Origin: Candidatus Ryanbacteria bacterium CG10_big_fil_rev_8_21_14_0_10_43_42
GTDB taxonomy: Bacteria > Patescibacteriota > Minisyncoccia > Ryanbacterales > 2-02-FULL-48-12
Direction of reading: 5' to 3'
NCBI GenBank assembly: GCA_002793915.1
Contig: PFEF01000006.1
Coordinates: 24,697 to 88,696 of the forward strand
Length of the DNA: 64,000 nucleotides
The position numbers and the translations under genes are program-made. Of this stretch, positions 9,552-19,510 are shown one piece after another (within the stretch, counting starts at the first letter, position 1; each line of letters opens with the position of its first letter). A model generated the notes under the pieces. That model was not told the origin of the DNA. It saw only the letters and a list, made by a program, of their open reading frames with translations, and did not search any database.

Positions 9552-9740
9552 ATGGAGCATAAAAAAGAAGTAGCGGATGTTTCTTCTTTTGTGGATGAAC
9601 AGAAATATCCGCCATGTGATTTTTGTGATGATGGATGTTTACCGTGCGCGTTTTATGATTTCGAAAAAGATGATTTTGTAGAAGGCGAAAAATGTACTTG
9701 CGGCAGTGGAAAAGATTTCGTAGGAAACGGATATAAGTAA
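9552..9740 (+). CDS. small Cys-rich protein (62 aa)
   Basis: Strong SD aaaggaggtttaccATG. CDFCDDGCLPC (C-x2-C-x3-C-x2-C) plus a CTC. Possible metal-binding mini-protein. Confidence 0.5.
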   Translation: MEHKKEVADVSSFVDEQKYPPCDFCDDGCLPCAFYDFEKDDFVEGEKCTCGSGKDFVGNGYK

Positions 9741-9821
9741 AACCCTGTCTTTATCGGCAGGATTTTTTTGTTCACTTTGTCGTCCATTCTGTCTTTCGGG
9801 GTATTTTGATATGATGTACAT

Positions 9822-10484
9822 ATGCGTATCAGTAAATATATTCATTCCTGCTTGCTGGTGGAGGAAGGGGGTGTAAAAATTCTTTTTGATCCGGGAACAT
9901 TTTCATTCAAAGAAGACCGTGTTTCTCCGTATGATTTTACGGAACTGTCTGCTGTATGTATTACCCATCAGCATGTGGACCATGTGGATATTGGGGCGCT
10001 TAAAATTATTATGGCGAATAACATACATGCCAAACTTTTTACGAATACGGGCGTGGCGCATATCCTTGCGTCCGAAGGCATAGAAGCGGAAATATATGAG
10101 GAGGGAGAAAAAAATATAGGGGGAGTGCGTATAGAAGCGTATTCCGCCGACCATGAGCCATTACTTACTCCCGTCCCGCATAATACGGCTTATATTATTA
10201 ATGGTACTTTTTTGCATCCCGGAGATTCATTGAACGTATCCTTGCATAAATATGCGGGGGTCTCCGTACTAGCTCTTCCTGTTACGGCGCCGTGGGCGGA
10301 TAAGGTGCGTATTGCAGAGTTTGGCGCGGCCATGCATCCTAAACATATTATTCCCATTCATGACGGATATGTGAAAGAATTTTTCTTAAGCATGCAATAT
10401 AAAGAGTTCGCGGCATATGTTAAAGATTATGGCAGTATGTTCCATTCCATAAATAATCCGGGAGAAGAGGTTATTATAGAATAA
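9822..10484 (+). CDS. metallo-beta-lactamase-fold hydrolase
   Basis: ITHQHVDHVD (HxHxDH zinc motif) with downstream His/Asp residues. 220 aa. Confidence 0.8.
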   Translation: MRISKYIHSCLLVEEGGVKILFDPGTFSFKEDRVSPYDFTELSAVCITHQHVDHVDIGALKIIMANNIHAKLFTNTGVAHILASEGIEAEIYEEGEKNIGGVRIEAYSADHEPLLTPVPHNTAYIINGTFLHPGDSLNVSLHKYAGVSVLALPVTAPWADKVRIAEFGAAMHPKHIIPIHDGYVKEFFLSMQYKEFAAYVKDYGSMFHSINNPGEEVIIE

Positions 10485-10522
10485 AAGAAAATAATAGTTA
10501 CCAGTATTAATATACCTATATT

Positions 10523-10804
10523 ATGTTACTTGAATTTTATGGTGAAGAATGTCCTCATTGTCAGGAGATGGATGCGCTCGTAAAAAAGCTGGAGGAAGAA
10601 ACCGGTGTGCGGGTGGAAACCTTTGAAACATGGCACAATACGGAGAATGCCCGTAAGATGGAAGAATATGACCGTGGACTCTGCGGAGGAGTACCGTTCT
10701 TTTTTAATACCGAGTCCGGAAATTTTATCTGCGGAGAAACATCGTATGAAAATTTAAAGCATTGGGCTGAAGAAAAATCTGCATTATCTTCAAAAAAGGA
10801 ATAA
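10523..10804 (+). CDS. thioredoxin/glutaredoxin-like small redox protein
   Basis: FYGEECPHCQ (CPHC active site) within the first 15 residues. 93 aa. Confidence 0.7.
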   Translation: MLLEFYGEECPHCQEMDALVKKLEEETGVRVETFETWHNTENARKMEEYDRGLCGGVPFFFNTESGNFICGETSYENLKHWAEEKSALSSKKE

Positions 10805-10813
10805 GCATGTTTT

Positions 10814-11527
10814 ATGGATATATTTACATTTGCAACAAAAGAAGAGGCGGAGAAAAAAGCACGATTGGCGCTACGTAATGAGATTGTGACGCGATGGGGT
10901 ATGCAAATGCTGTTTTTAATTTCGGGAGGATCGGCCTTTGGTATATTGGCGGATTTGGACCGTAATTGTTTGGGAGAATTTCTTACTATAGGCATCCTTG
11001 ATGAACGGGCAGATAAACAAAAGGAGGTAAATAATTTCGCCCGGTTTATGAAAACGGATCTTTATGCCGAGTCATTGGTGAAGGGGGTTGAGTTTATCGA
11101 TACGCGACTTAGAGACGGAGAATCGGAGAAAGATCTTGCCGGAAGAATTGAGTTTAGTCTACAGAATTGGCGACATCGCAATAAAGAAGGATTTGTTCTT
11201 ATAACGCAGGGAATGGGAGCGGATGGTCATACGGCGGGTATTATGCCGTATCCGGAGGATCCGGAAACGTTTGCTAAACAGTTCGAAGATACGCATCATT
11301 GGACATGCGGATATAATACGGGGGAAAAAAGTAGTCATCCTCTGCGTGCTACGGTCACGATGCCTTTTTTGGAATGTGAGGTGGATGTGTCTATCGCTTA
11401 CATTGTCGGGAAAGAAAAACAAGAAGCATTTACGCGTCTTGTTGCGGAGAATGGTTCTTATGCTGAAACACCTGCACGTATTATGCGAAAGATGAAGCAT
11501 GTAAAAATATATACCGACCTAACATAG
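10814..11527 (+). CDS. pgl: 6-phosphogluconolactonase (DevB/SOL, NagB-fold)
   Basis: ISGGSAF, GILDER, ITQGMGADGHTAGIMPYP, RATVTMPFL align with conserved Pgl/SOL motifs (ISGGS, CDER, LGxGxDGHTAS, RVTLTLP). Confidence 0.65.
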   Translation: MDIFTFATKEEAEKKARLALRNEIVTRWGMQMLFLISGGSAFGILADLDRNCLGEFLTIGILDERADKQKEVNNFARFMKTDLYAESLVKGVEFIDTRLRDGESEKDLAGRIEFSLQNWRHRNKEGFVLITQGMGADGHTAGIMPYPEDPETFAKQFEDTHHWTCGYNTGEKSSHPLRATVTMPFLECEVDVSIAYIVGKEKQEAFTRLVAENGSYAETPARIMRKMKHVKIYTDLT

Positions 11528-11553
11528 TTCGTAAAAGAATGGGCGATTTATAT

Positions 11554-12081
11554 TTATTGCTCTACGATAAAAATATGAATTATATTATCGGTATCGTAAA
11601 TATTTTGTCCTTGTCCGTTGGGTCCGAATGATCCGACAACAACAGCATTTAGTACGGAAGGAGACGGGTCGATGTCATAATCCGTATCAAAGAAATACGG
11701 GTTTCCCCATGGATCGTTCTTTATGCTAGCCATATATGGTCCGCTCCATCCGCTATATGCTCCGTCTGTTGTAACAAGACCGGCGGCCGGAGTGGAAAGA
11801 TCCCAAATTTCATTATTGGGCGTTAGTTCTATGGCGTCGATTTTTTTGTGATTCGGCCATTCTCCGGTATCTTCCGACATTACGGTGATAGCGCGACGCA
11901 GTTGATTTACGGTTGTTTGAGCTTCCGCAAGACGCGCCTTTCCGCGAGCGTCTCGCAGGGAGGCAAACACAAACGAAAACAAAAGCGATATAATGGCGAT
12001 AATGGTGAGAAGTTCTATTAAGGTAAAACCCGCGCGACAGTTCTTTGGTGTACTGACACATCTTTTCATATTTGTTTTCAT
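11554..12081 (-). CDS. type IV pilin / T2SS GspG-like pseudopilin
   Basis: Prepilin signal ...RAG|FTLIELLTIIAIISLL (N-methylation domain) and the DPWGNPY motif characteristic of GspG-type pseudopilins. Confidence 0.8.
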   Translation of the reverse strand: MKTNMKRCVSTPKNCRAGFTLIELLTIIAIISLLFSFVFASLRDARGKARLAEAQTTVNQLRRAITVMSEDTGEWPNHKKIDAIELTPNNEIWDLSTPAAGLVTTDGAYSGWSGPYMASIKNDPWGNPYFFDTDYDIDPSPSVLNAVVVGSFGPNGQGQNIYDTDNIIHIFIVEQ

Positions 12082-12196
12082 GTCCCTTAAGTATATGATA
12101 TATACGGTTTATATGCCTGTGGAAAAGTATGTACATAAATGATATCATGGCCGTATAAAAGAGTTGTGGTGCTATTATTTAATAACTCTCATATAT

Positions 12197-12967
12197 ATGC
12201 CAGAATTTCTCATTAGCTTAGTAATAGGTATCGCTGTATTTGTTGCTATATTGCGGCAAATAAATCAATATCAACGTGGTGTTATGTTCACTATGGGGCG
12301 ATTTACCGGCATTAAAGAGCCGGGGTGGCGTTTGGTGATTCCCGTATTTCAGTTTATGCGCAAGGTGGATATGCGTGTGAATGTTATTGATGTGCCGGAT
12401 CAGGAAGCCATTACCAAGGATAATATTTCTATTCGGGTAAATGCCGTCGTATACTTTAAGGTGCATGATGCACGTGCGGCAATTATTGAAATTACAAATT
12501 ACATGTTTGCCATATCACAACTTGCGCAGACAACCATGAGAGATATCGTAGGAGAGGTTGAGCTGGATGAACTCTTGGCGAATCGCGATGAAATCTCCAA
12601 AAAAATAAAAGGCATTGTGGACACGGCAACGGATCCGTGGGGTATTACGGTGGTATCGGTTGATCTAAAACATATTGAGCTTCCGGAGGATATGAAGCGA
12701 ACCATTAGCAAGCAAGCAGAAGCGGAACGAGAGCGGCGGGCAGTCATTATAAAGGCGCAGGGTGAAGTTGCCGCGGCCACCGATATGGCACGTGCCGCTG
12801 AAATATTAGCAAGCACACCGGGAGCGTTGCATTTGCGCTCACTTCAGTCGTTGAACGATATTAGTTCGGATCAATCAAATACCATCGTTTTTGCCGTGCC
12901 GCTTGAAGTACTGCGTGCTTTCGAAGCGCTCTCCCAGGTAAATAAAAACAATAAAAAAGACGAATAA
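12197..12967 (+). CDS. SPFH/band-7 (stomatin/HflC-like) membrane protein
   Basis: N-terminal TM then QYQRGVMFTMGRFTGIKEPGWRLVIP...AVVYFKV (SPFH core). Coiled-coil C-terminus. ORF-track TTG at 12164; first ATG at 12197. Confidence 0.85.
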   Translation: MPEFLISLVIGIAVFVAILRQINQYQRGVMFTMGRFTGIKEPGWRLVIPVFQFMRKVDMRVNVIDVPDQEAITKDNISIRVNAVVYFKVHDARAAIIEITNYMFAISQLAQTTMRDIVGEVELDELLANRDEISKKIKGIVDTATDPWGITVVSVDLKHIELPEDMKRTISKQAEAERERRAVIIKAQGEVAAATDMARAAEILASTPGALHLRSLQSLNDISSDQSNTIVFAVPLEVLRAFEALSQVNKNNKKDE

Positions 12968-12975
12968 TAATGAGA

Positions 12976-13008
12976 AAAAGCAGAGGGACGTCTACCTCTG
13001 CTTTTTGT
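12976..13008 (+). terminator. rho-independent terminator after the SPFH gene
   Basis: aaaaagcagagggacgtctacctctgcttttt. Confidence 0.75.
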
Positions 13009-13037
13009 AATGTTTTTTACAAGGGGTCGGTATTGTT

Positions 13038-14831
13038 ATGTATCCAATACGTGATTATTTTTTAATAGGTGATTTACATACCGCCGCACTGGTATCCAGG
13101 AAAGGGTCCATTGACTGGTTTTGTTTGCCACACTTTGATTCTTCCAGTATGTTTGGAAGAATGCTTGATGAGGACGGAGGTACATTTGCCTTAATGGAAG
13201 AGGGTGCGGATATGGAATCGCGATATATTTCGGATACGGCTACCGTAGAGCATTATGTTAGATACAATTCTGCGGAATATACATTACACGATTTTATGGT
13301 GCCGCAACCGGTAAATATATGCAAAAGTCATTTTCTTATTCGGAAGATAACGGGCATTACGGGAAAAACCGATGTATCGTTTTTATTTGATCCTCATCCG
13401 GATTACGGAAGGAAAGAAGCGATTATAGAAGAAAAAGAAGGGATGCTTATTTGTGCACTGGAAGGAAGTTTTTTAATATTACATTTGCCCATCCACGCGG
13501 AGGTTATAAAAAAAGCGAGGGGATATGAAATAATATGTCATGTTTCAAAAGGAGATGAACGGGCGCTTGTTCTTGAATACGGATCTCATCCGGACGCGGC
13601 ATATGCGGGACAGGATTTTGAGAAGGTAACAAATCAATTTTGGAAAACGTGGGTGGAGCAGGGGGTATTTTTCACATTCTGTCGTGACCAATTGGTACGT
13701 TCGGCAATTACACTTAAATTGATGCAATTTTATCCTACGGGAGCTATTGTAGCCGCTCCCACAACATCACTACCGGAACACATGGGAGGTGAACGCAATT
13801 GGGATTACCGATATGTGTGGATTAGGGATGCCACTTTTGCATTGTATGCCTTGTATGTACTTGGGTATACGGAGGAAGCTGTTAAGTTTTTTGAGTTCAT
13901 AGAGGGCGTTGCAAGAGAATGCGAAGATTGCGATATTACCATTCATCTTATGTACACAATTCATGGCCGTCCCGTTCCGGAGGAAGAAATACTTTCTCAC
14001 TGGAGCGGATATCAAGATGCATACCCCGTTCGTATCGGTAACGGCGCTAAAGATCAGTTTCAGTTGGATATTTATGGATCTTTAATTGATGCGCATTATT
14101 TCATGGCGGGACGCGGTGTGAAGCTTACAGAAATGAGCAGAGATATTATTTTACATATGGTAGAGCAAATACAGAAACATTGGCAATTGCCGGATAACGG
14201 TATTTGGGAAGTGCGTAGCGGACCTAAGCATTTTTCATATTCAAAAGCCATGGCTTGGGTTGGTATTGATCGCGCTTTATTACTTGCCGATGTGCTCGGT
14301 GTTTCCGATGAAAAGAAAAAAGAATGGGATCATCTGCAAAAAGATATTCGTCAGTGGGTATGGGATAATTGCTATGATACCGAACGGAATATTCTTTTTC
14401 AGCATAGTAAAACGGACAAGCAGGATGCCACTAATTTTTTATTGATTCCTCTTAAATTTTTAAATAAGCATGATATATCTACGAAGAATATTATGCAAAA
14501 TACCGCCCGTGAATTGGTAATGAACGATATATTTGTTGATAGATATCATACATACGATGCCTTAAAGGGAGACGAAGGAGCCTTTGTCCTTTCTTCATTT
14601 TGGTATTTTTCAGCACTTGCTATTTTAGGAGAAACTGAAAAGGCGCATCGTTTGTTTGAAAAATTCTCCACCTATATAAATTGGAACGGCCTTCTCTCTG
14701 AAGAAATTGACGAACGCACGGGAGAATATTTAGGAAACTATCCCCAGGCATTTTCACATATGGGTTACATTATGACGGCATATTATTTACAAAAATATGC
14801 GCATAATGCTAGAGTAAAACCAGAAAAATAA
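13038..14831 (+). CDS. glycoside hydrolase family 15 (glucoamylase/trehalase-related)
   Basis: N-terminal YFLIGDLHTAALVSRKGSIDWFCLPHFDS, typical of bacterial/archaeal GH15 enzymes. 597 aa. Confidence 0.8.
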   Translation: MYPIRDYFLIGDLHTAALVSRKGSIDWFCLPHFDSSSMFGRMLDEDGGTFALMEEGADMESRYISDTATVEHYVRYNSAEYTLHDFMVPQPVNICKSHFLIRKITGITGKTDVSFLFDPHPDYGRKEAIIEEKEGMLICALEGSFLILHLPIHAEVIKKARGYEIICHVSKGDERALVLEYGSHPDAAYAGQDFEKVTNQFWKTWVEQGVFFTFCRDQLVRSAITLKLMQFYPTGAIVAAPTTSLPEHMGGERNWDYRYVWIRDATFALYALYVLGYTEEAVKFFEFIEGVARECEDCDITIHLMYTIHGRPVPEEEILSHWSGYQDAYPVRIGNGAKDQFQLDIYGSLIDAHYFMAGRGVKLTEMSRDIILHMVEQIQKHWQLPDNGIWEVRSGPKHFSYSKAMAWVGIDRALLLADVLGVSDEKKKEWDHLQKDIRQWVWDNCYDTERNILFQHSKTDKQDATNFLLIPLKFLNKHDISTKNIMQNTARELVMNDIFVDRYHTYDALKGDEGAFVLSSFWYFSALAILGETEKAHRLFEKFSTYINWNGLLSEEIDERTGEYLGNYPQAFSHMGYIMTAYYLQKYAHNARVKPEK

Positions 14832-14848
14832 GGCGTAAGGAGGATATT

Positions 14849-15313
14849 ATGTCATTTGGAAGAATACGCCGTACTTGCGGTATGATTATTGTTTCGCCGG
14901 AATTTTTCCCGAAAGGGGGCGATTGTTGGGAAGAAAATGAGGGGATGTTTCTTTCCCTGGATACCGTTGCGAGAGTGTGTCGCTGTTTATGGGTGGAAGA
15001 GGAACGTACGAAAATTCCCGATGCTTTTAATGGGGATCTTACTGTTCTTAAAAAAGAATTTTATACGCAATTCACGGAACGTCATTACAGAATTATCCTT
15101 CTTGGCGGTGATGAGTATGATTTTGTTTCCATGGTTCAAAAAATGAATATTATATCCGTACCGGATAATTTTAGAACACTACTTGCAAGGAATGATATAG
15201 AATATAATATAGTCCAGCGTGTTTGTATGCATCCCGGGGATATGGTAATTCGTCTGACGGAATCACCTGAGATATCGGGATGGTACATTGCAAAAAAAGA
15301 CAGGTATGGTTAG
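14849..15313 (+). CDS. hypothetical protein (154 aa)
   Basis: SD aaggaggatattATG; terminator downstream at 15350-15374. No family recognised. Confidence 0.5.
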   Translation: MSFGRIRRTCGMIIVSPEFFPKGGDCWEENEGMFLSLDTVARVCRCLWVEEERTKIPDAFNGDLTVLKKEFYTQFTERHYRIILLGGDEYDFVSMVQKMNIISVPDNFRTLLARNDIEYNIVQRVCMHPGDMVIRLTESPEISGWYIAKKDRYG

Positions 15314-15349
15314 TGGCACGCGGATGTATAAAGGATCAAGAGGGTTTTT

Positions 15350-15374
15350 AAAGGGTCTTTACGACCCTTTTTTA
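15350..15374 (+). terminator. rho-independent terminator
   Basis: aaagggtctttacgaccctttttt. Confidence 0.65.
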
Positions 15375-15381
15375 TAAGATT

Positions 15382-16698
15382 ATGAACCGTGAAAAGATAA
15401 AAATTACTATAGAAAACATGTCCTGGGGCGGTGACGGTATTGGATATGAGCAGGGAAAAGAGGTACATGTTGCGGGTGTGCTACCGGGCGAAGTGGTAGA
15501 GGTTCTGCCCTACAAGAAACGGGGCGGTGTTTTGCATGCACATCTCTTACAGGTAGAGGATGCGTCTCCCGATAGGCGAGATCCGAAAGAGGAATATTAT
15601 TATCGTACGGGCAGTCCGTGGCAATGCATACCGTATGAGAAGCAACTCGCATACAAAAAAGAGCTATTGATACGCAATTGGTATCGTGATACCGGCGGAT
15701 TACCGAGTAATGAAGTTTCCATAGAAAGAAGTTTTTATGAGTGGGGATATAGAAATAAATTAGAGTTTAGCTTTGATGAAGGGCATTTGGCGTTTCATGT
15801 ACGCGGGCGCCGGTATGATATGCAAAGAGTTGCCGGCAGTGTATTGGGAAACGAAAAAATGAACGAATGCGCGCAGGTTATCGTGCGGGAGATTAGGAAG
15901 AAAAAAATACCGTCGCATATTCTTAAATCACTCGTCATACGTTATAGTTTTCTGGAAGATACTTGCATTGCGGTTTTGTATGTAAAAAACAAAAACGGAG
16001 CAGATAACATTCGCATCGAGCACATGCTCTTTAACGAAAAAAAATCCGGAGGATTTTATGTTGTATATTCCGATCCGCGTTCTCCTGCGTCCGTGGCAAC
16101 GGAGGTAGTATATCGTAACGGAAGCGAATATATAGAGGAGCAGGTGGGAAATAATATATTTTCCTATCACTATAATTCCTTTTTCCAGGTAAATCCCTCT
16201 GCGTTTGGATCCGTGTTGGAGGATATGCGCTTACATGCATGTTCGGGAGGATATGCGGCTGATATGTATGCCGGTGTGGGGACTATCGGTATTTCTCTTG
16301 CCGGCATGTTTGAGGGGATGTATTTTATTGAATCGGATGTATATGCACGGGAAATGATACAAAAAAACGGCACGCGTGCCATGCCCGAGGCTCAATGTTT
16401 GAAAAATGGGGATACGATTGTGGGAGATGCGGAAAGGCAAGATTTGCGGACACTCTTGCAAAAAACGGATACGGTTATTATCGATCCGCCACGAAGCGGA
16501 TTGCATCCTCGTGTGATGAAGTACTTTATGGAATCACCACCACGTCAGATTATCTATGTATCGTGCAACCCTAAAACGCAGGCACGTGATTGGCGTATAT
16601 TTCGGGATCTTTATACGACATCCCATTGGCGGTTGTATGATTTATATCCACAGACACCTCATGTAGAGAGTATGTTAATACTTTCACGAATAGAGTAA
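15382..16698 (+). CDS. RNA (uracil-C5)-methyltransferase, RlmD/TrmA family with TRAM domain
   Basis: N-terminal TRAM (KITIENMSWGGDGIGY...VAGVLPGEVVEV). C-terminal class I SAM MTase with YVSCNP near the end. Confidence 0.85.
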   Translation: MNREKIKITIENMSWGGDGIGYEQGKEVHVAGVLPGEVVEVLPYKKRGGVLHAHLLQVEDASPDRRDPKEEYYYRTGSPWQCIPYEKQLAYKKELLIRNWYRDTGGLPSNEVSIERSFYEWGYRNKLEFSFDEGHLAFHVRGRRYDMQRVAGSVLGNEKMNECAQVIVREIRKKKIPSHILKSLVIRYSFLEDTCIAVLYVKNKNGADNIRIEHMLFNEKKSGGFYVVYSDPRSPASVATEVVYRNGSEYIEEQVGNNIFSYHYNSFFQVNPSAFGSVLEDMRLHACSGGYAADMYAGVGTIGISLAGMFEGMYFIESDVYAREMIQKNGTRAMPEAQCLKNGDTIVGDAERQDLRTLLQKTDTVIIDPPRSGLHPRVMKYFMESPPRQIIYVSCNPKTQARDWRIFRDLYTTSHWRLYDLYPQTPHVESMLILSRIE

Positions 16699-16739
16699 AC
16701 TACTTATAGTAGTTATCTATATTAGAATAGTAATGTAAT

Positions 16740-17171
16740 ATGTCAAAAAGTATTCTTGTATTGTTACGTATTTCTCTCGGATGGCTTATGTTGTATGCGG
16801 GCATTACAAAAGTTCTCAATCCTGATTGGTCTGCGGCGGGATATTTGGCGGGCGCAAAGACATTTTCCGGCTTTTATGGTTGGCTTGCGGGCGGGGATAT
16901 TTTGCCATTCATTAATATTATGAATGAATGGGGACTTACGCTTTTGGGAATATCACTTATTGCAGGTGTATTTGTGCGGTGGAGTGCTCCACTGGGGGCG
17001 CTTTTAATGTTACTGTATTATATTCCTACTCTTGCGTTTCCCATGGTGGGAGATCATTCCTATATTGTTGATGATCATATTATTTATGCATTGGTTCTTC
17101 TCTATTTTTCAGCTGTCGGTGCCGGGAACGTATGGGGAATTGACGGATGGCTTAGAAACAGGAATCAGTAA
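16740..17171 (+). CDS. DoxX family membrane protein
   Basis: LLRISLGWLMLYAGITKVLNP... four predicted TM helices typical of DoxX. Strong terminator follows. Confidence 0.7.
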   Translation: MSKSILVLLRISLGWLMLYAGITKVLNPDWSAAGYLAGAKTFSGFYGWLAGGDILPFINIMNEWGLTLLGISLIAGVFVRWSAPLGALLMLLYYIPTLAFPMVGDHSYIVDDHIIYALVLLYFSAVGAGNVWGIDGWLRNRNQ

Positions 17172-17185
17172 AGTGCTATAAACGG

Positions 17186-17217
17186 AAAAACTGCATGAAT
17201 ATCCATGCAGTTTTTTT
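17186..17217 (+). terminator. rho-independent terminator after the DoxX gene
   Basis: aaaaactgcatgaatatccatgcagttttttt. Confidence 0.8.
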
Positions 17218-17229
17218 GTAGAGAAGTGT

Positions 17230-17258
17230 TGACTTTCAACGGCTTTATGGGTATATAT
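17230..17258 (+). promoter_or_regulatory. suf operon promoter TTGACT-17-TATATA
   Basis: 15 nt upstream of the sufB ATG region. Confidence 0.55.
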
Positions 17259-17272
17259 AGACATACATCTAT

Positions 17273-18673
17273 ATGAAAAAAGATGCTTTTTATACACCAA
17301 ATAGAGAGCGGTATGATACTGCCGATGAGGCGCGAAACAAATATCGCGCTGATTTGGGTGTGACGGAACATTTAGTGCGGGAGATCTCCCGGCAAAAGAA
17401 CGAACCGGAGTGGATGCTTGAAAAGCGTCTTCGGGCATTTGCTCTTTATAAAGAATGCCCCTTGCCTTCATGGGGTCCGGATTTATCGGGATTGGAACTT
17501 GATAAAATAACATATTTTGTGCGTCCTGACGCAAAGGAATCACGATCGTGGGAAGATGTACCGGAAGATATCCGTACAACATTTAATAAATTAGGTATTC
17601 CGGAAGCTGAACAAAATGCGTTGGGTGGCGTTGGTGCGCAATATGATTCTGATATTGTTTATCATAATCTTAAGGAAGAGTGGGAACGGGAAGGGGTTAT
17701 TTTTGAGAATATGGATACGGCTGTTCATAAGTATCCGGAGTATGTAAAGGAATACTTTATGACAAGATGTGTACCCATCAATGATCATAAGTTTGTTATG
17801 TTGCATGCGGCTGTATGGTCGGGAGGTACATTTATCTACGTTCCTCCGGGCGTAAAGGTTACCGTTCCCTTGCAGGCGTATTTTCGTATGAATGCGGAGC
17901 GCGGGGGGCAATTTGAACATACACTTATTATTGCGGATAAGGGGTCAGAGGTTTCGTATATTGAAGGATGTTCCGCGCCGCGCTATCAGACAAGCGCTTT
18001 GCATGCCGGTTGTGTTGAGCTTTTTGTAAACGAAGATGCAACCATTCGATATTCGAGCATAGAAAATTGGAGCCGTAATACGTATAACCTTAATACGAAA
18101 CGAGCATTGGTGGAAAGAAACGGAAGAATTGAATGGGTGAATGGTAATATGGGTTCGGGAATAACTATGTTATATCCATCCAGTATATTAGCGGGAGAAG
18201 GTGCTCACAGTGAAAGTTTGGGTATCGCGTTTGCCGGTGCAGGGCAGAATCAGGATACGGGATCAAAGGTGGTTCACGTGGTACCGAATACATCATCCGT
18301 TATTCGGGCGAAGAGCATATCTCGAAAGGGGGGTACGGCAACGTATCGCGGACTCGTGCGTGTTGGAAAGCGAGCTACGGGAACGAAAAGCAGTGTTGTA
18401 TGTGACGCTCTTATGATAGAAGATGAATCCGTATCGCATACCTATCCGTTTATGAAAGTAGAAAATAAAAATGTTTCGGTGACGCATGAAGCGCGGGCGG
18501 GAAAAATAGGTGAGGAGGAGTTATTTTATGCGCAAAGCCGCGGTCTTACCGAAGAGCAGGCAATCAAAATGATTGTGGGCGGTTTTGTGAGTGATATATC
18601 AAAAAAATTACCCCTGGAATATGCGGTCGAATTTAATCGACTTATAGATTTGGAAATGGAGGGCGTTAATTAA
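17273..18673 (+). CDS. sufB: Fe-S cluster assembly protein SufB
   Basis: 466 aa with conserved SufB core. Preceded by TTGACT-17-TATATA promoter at 17230-17258. Confidence 0.95.
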   Translation: MKKDAFYTPNRERYDTADEARNKYRADLGVTEHLVREISRQKNEPEWMLEKRLRAFALYKECPLPSWGPDLSGLELDKITYFVRPDAKESRSWEDVPEDIRTTFNKLGIPEAEQNALGGVGAQYDSDIVYHNLKEEWEREGVIFENMDTAVHKYPEYVKEYFMTRCVPINDHKFVMLHAAVWSGGTFIYVPPGVKVTVPLQAYFRMNAERGGQFEHTLIIADKGSEVSYIEGCSAPRYQTSALHAGCVELFVNEDATIRYSSIENWSRNTYNLNTKRALVERNGRIEWVNGNMGSGITMLYPSSILAGEGAHSESLGIAFAGAGQNQDTGSKVVHVVPNTSSVIRAKSISRKGGTATYRGLVRVGKRATGTKSSVVCDALMIEDESVSHTYPFMKVENKNVSVTHEARAGKIGEEELFYAQSRGLTEEQAIKMIVGGFVSDISKKLPLEYAVEFNRLIDLEMEGVN

Positions 18674-18685
18674 GCAAGCGATATA

Positions 18686-19510
18686 ATGCATAAGGAAAAA
18701 AATACAGACAAAAAGGAAATAGTATCCCATTACGGTATTGGAATCTTTTCGGTAATGCCGCAGGATATAGTACATGCCGATATGGAAATACCAAGCATAA
18801 AAGTCTCAAAAGGGGTTGTCGTGGTGCGAAATAAAAAAGGTATTCACATAACGGTAAAAAAAGAGAATGTAGCGGAAATAGAAATAGTAAACGATACAGA
18901 TGTTTCCGCAAACAGTACTATGGATGTGTTCGTGGAAGAAGGAGCGAATGTCCGGATTCGGCGGCGATATGCGCCAGGGGCACCTTCCTTGCATACGGAG
19001 CGCTATACACTTGAACGCAATGCTTCTTTGCGTATGGAGCGTATTGTAGAAACGGTTGTATTTTTACGTGTTTTGCACGAAGTAATTCTTGCGGGAGATA
19101 ATGCGTCATATAGCCTCATAGGGCGCAATACCGTTTCGGGCGCGAGTACATTTGATAGTGAGGAAAGTATTTTGCACAGGGGCAGGAACACAACCTCTTC
19201 CATAGAAGAGAGGCATGTCGTAAAAGATAAGGCAAAACTCATTTGGCGCGGAAGAACACGTGTGTTACAGGAGGCGAAAGAATCTATGGTAAGTCAAATA
19301 TCGCGCACGCTTCTTATGAATGATGAGACGGAAGCGGATACTGTTCCTATGGTGGAGCTTTTCACGCACAATGTACGTGCTTGTCATGCCGCCACAACAA
19401 CAACGCTGGATCCAGAGCAGGTGTTTTATCTTACAAGTCGTGGTATGTCTGATAAAGATGCGGAAAAACAGATTATAGAAGGATTTTTAAAAGTAATGCC
19501 AACACTATGA
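18686..19510 (+). CDS. sufD: Fe-S cluster assembly protein SufD (short form)
   Basis: SufB/SufD beta-helix family; positioned between sufB and sufS. 4-nt overlap with sufS. Confidence 0.8.
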   Translation: MHKEKNTDKKEIVSHYGIGIFSVMPQDIVHADMEIPSIKVSKGVVVVRNKKGIHITVKKENVAEIEIVNDTDVSANSTMDVFVEEGANVRIRRRYAPGAPSLHTERYTLERNASLRMERIVETVVFLRVLHEVILAGDNASYSLIGRNTVSGASTFDSEESILHRGRNTTSSIEERHVVKDKAKLIWRGRTRVLQEAKESMVSQISRTLLMNDETEADTVPMVELFTHNVRACHAATTTTLDPEQVFYLTSRGMSDKDAEKQIIEGFLKVMPTL

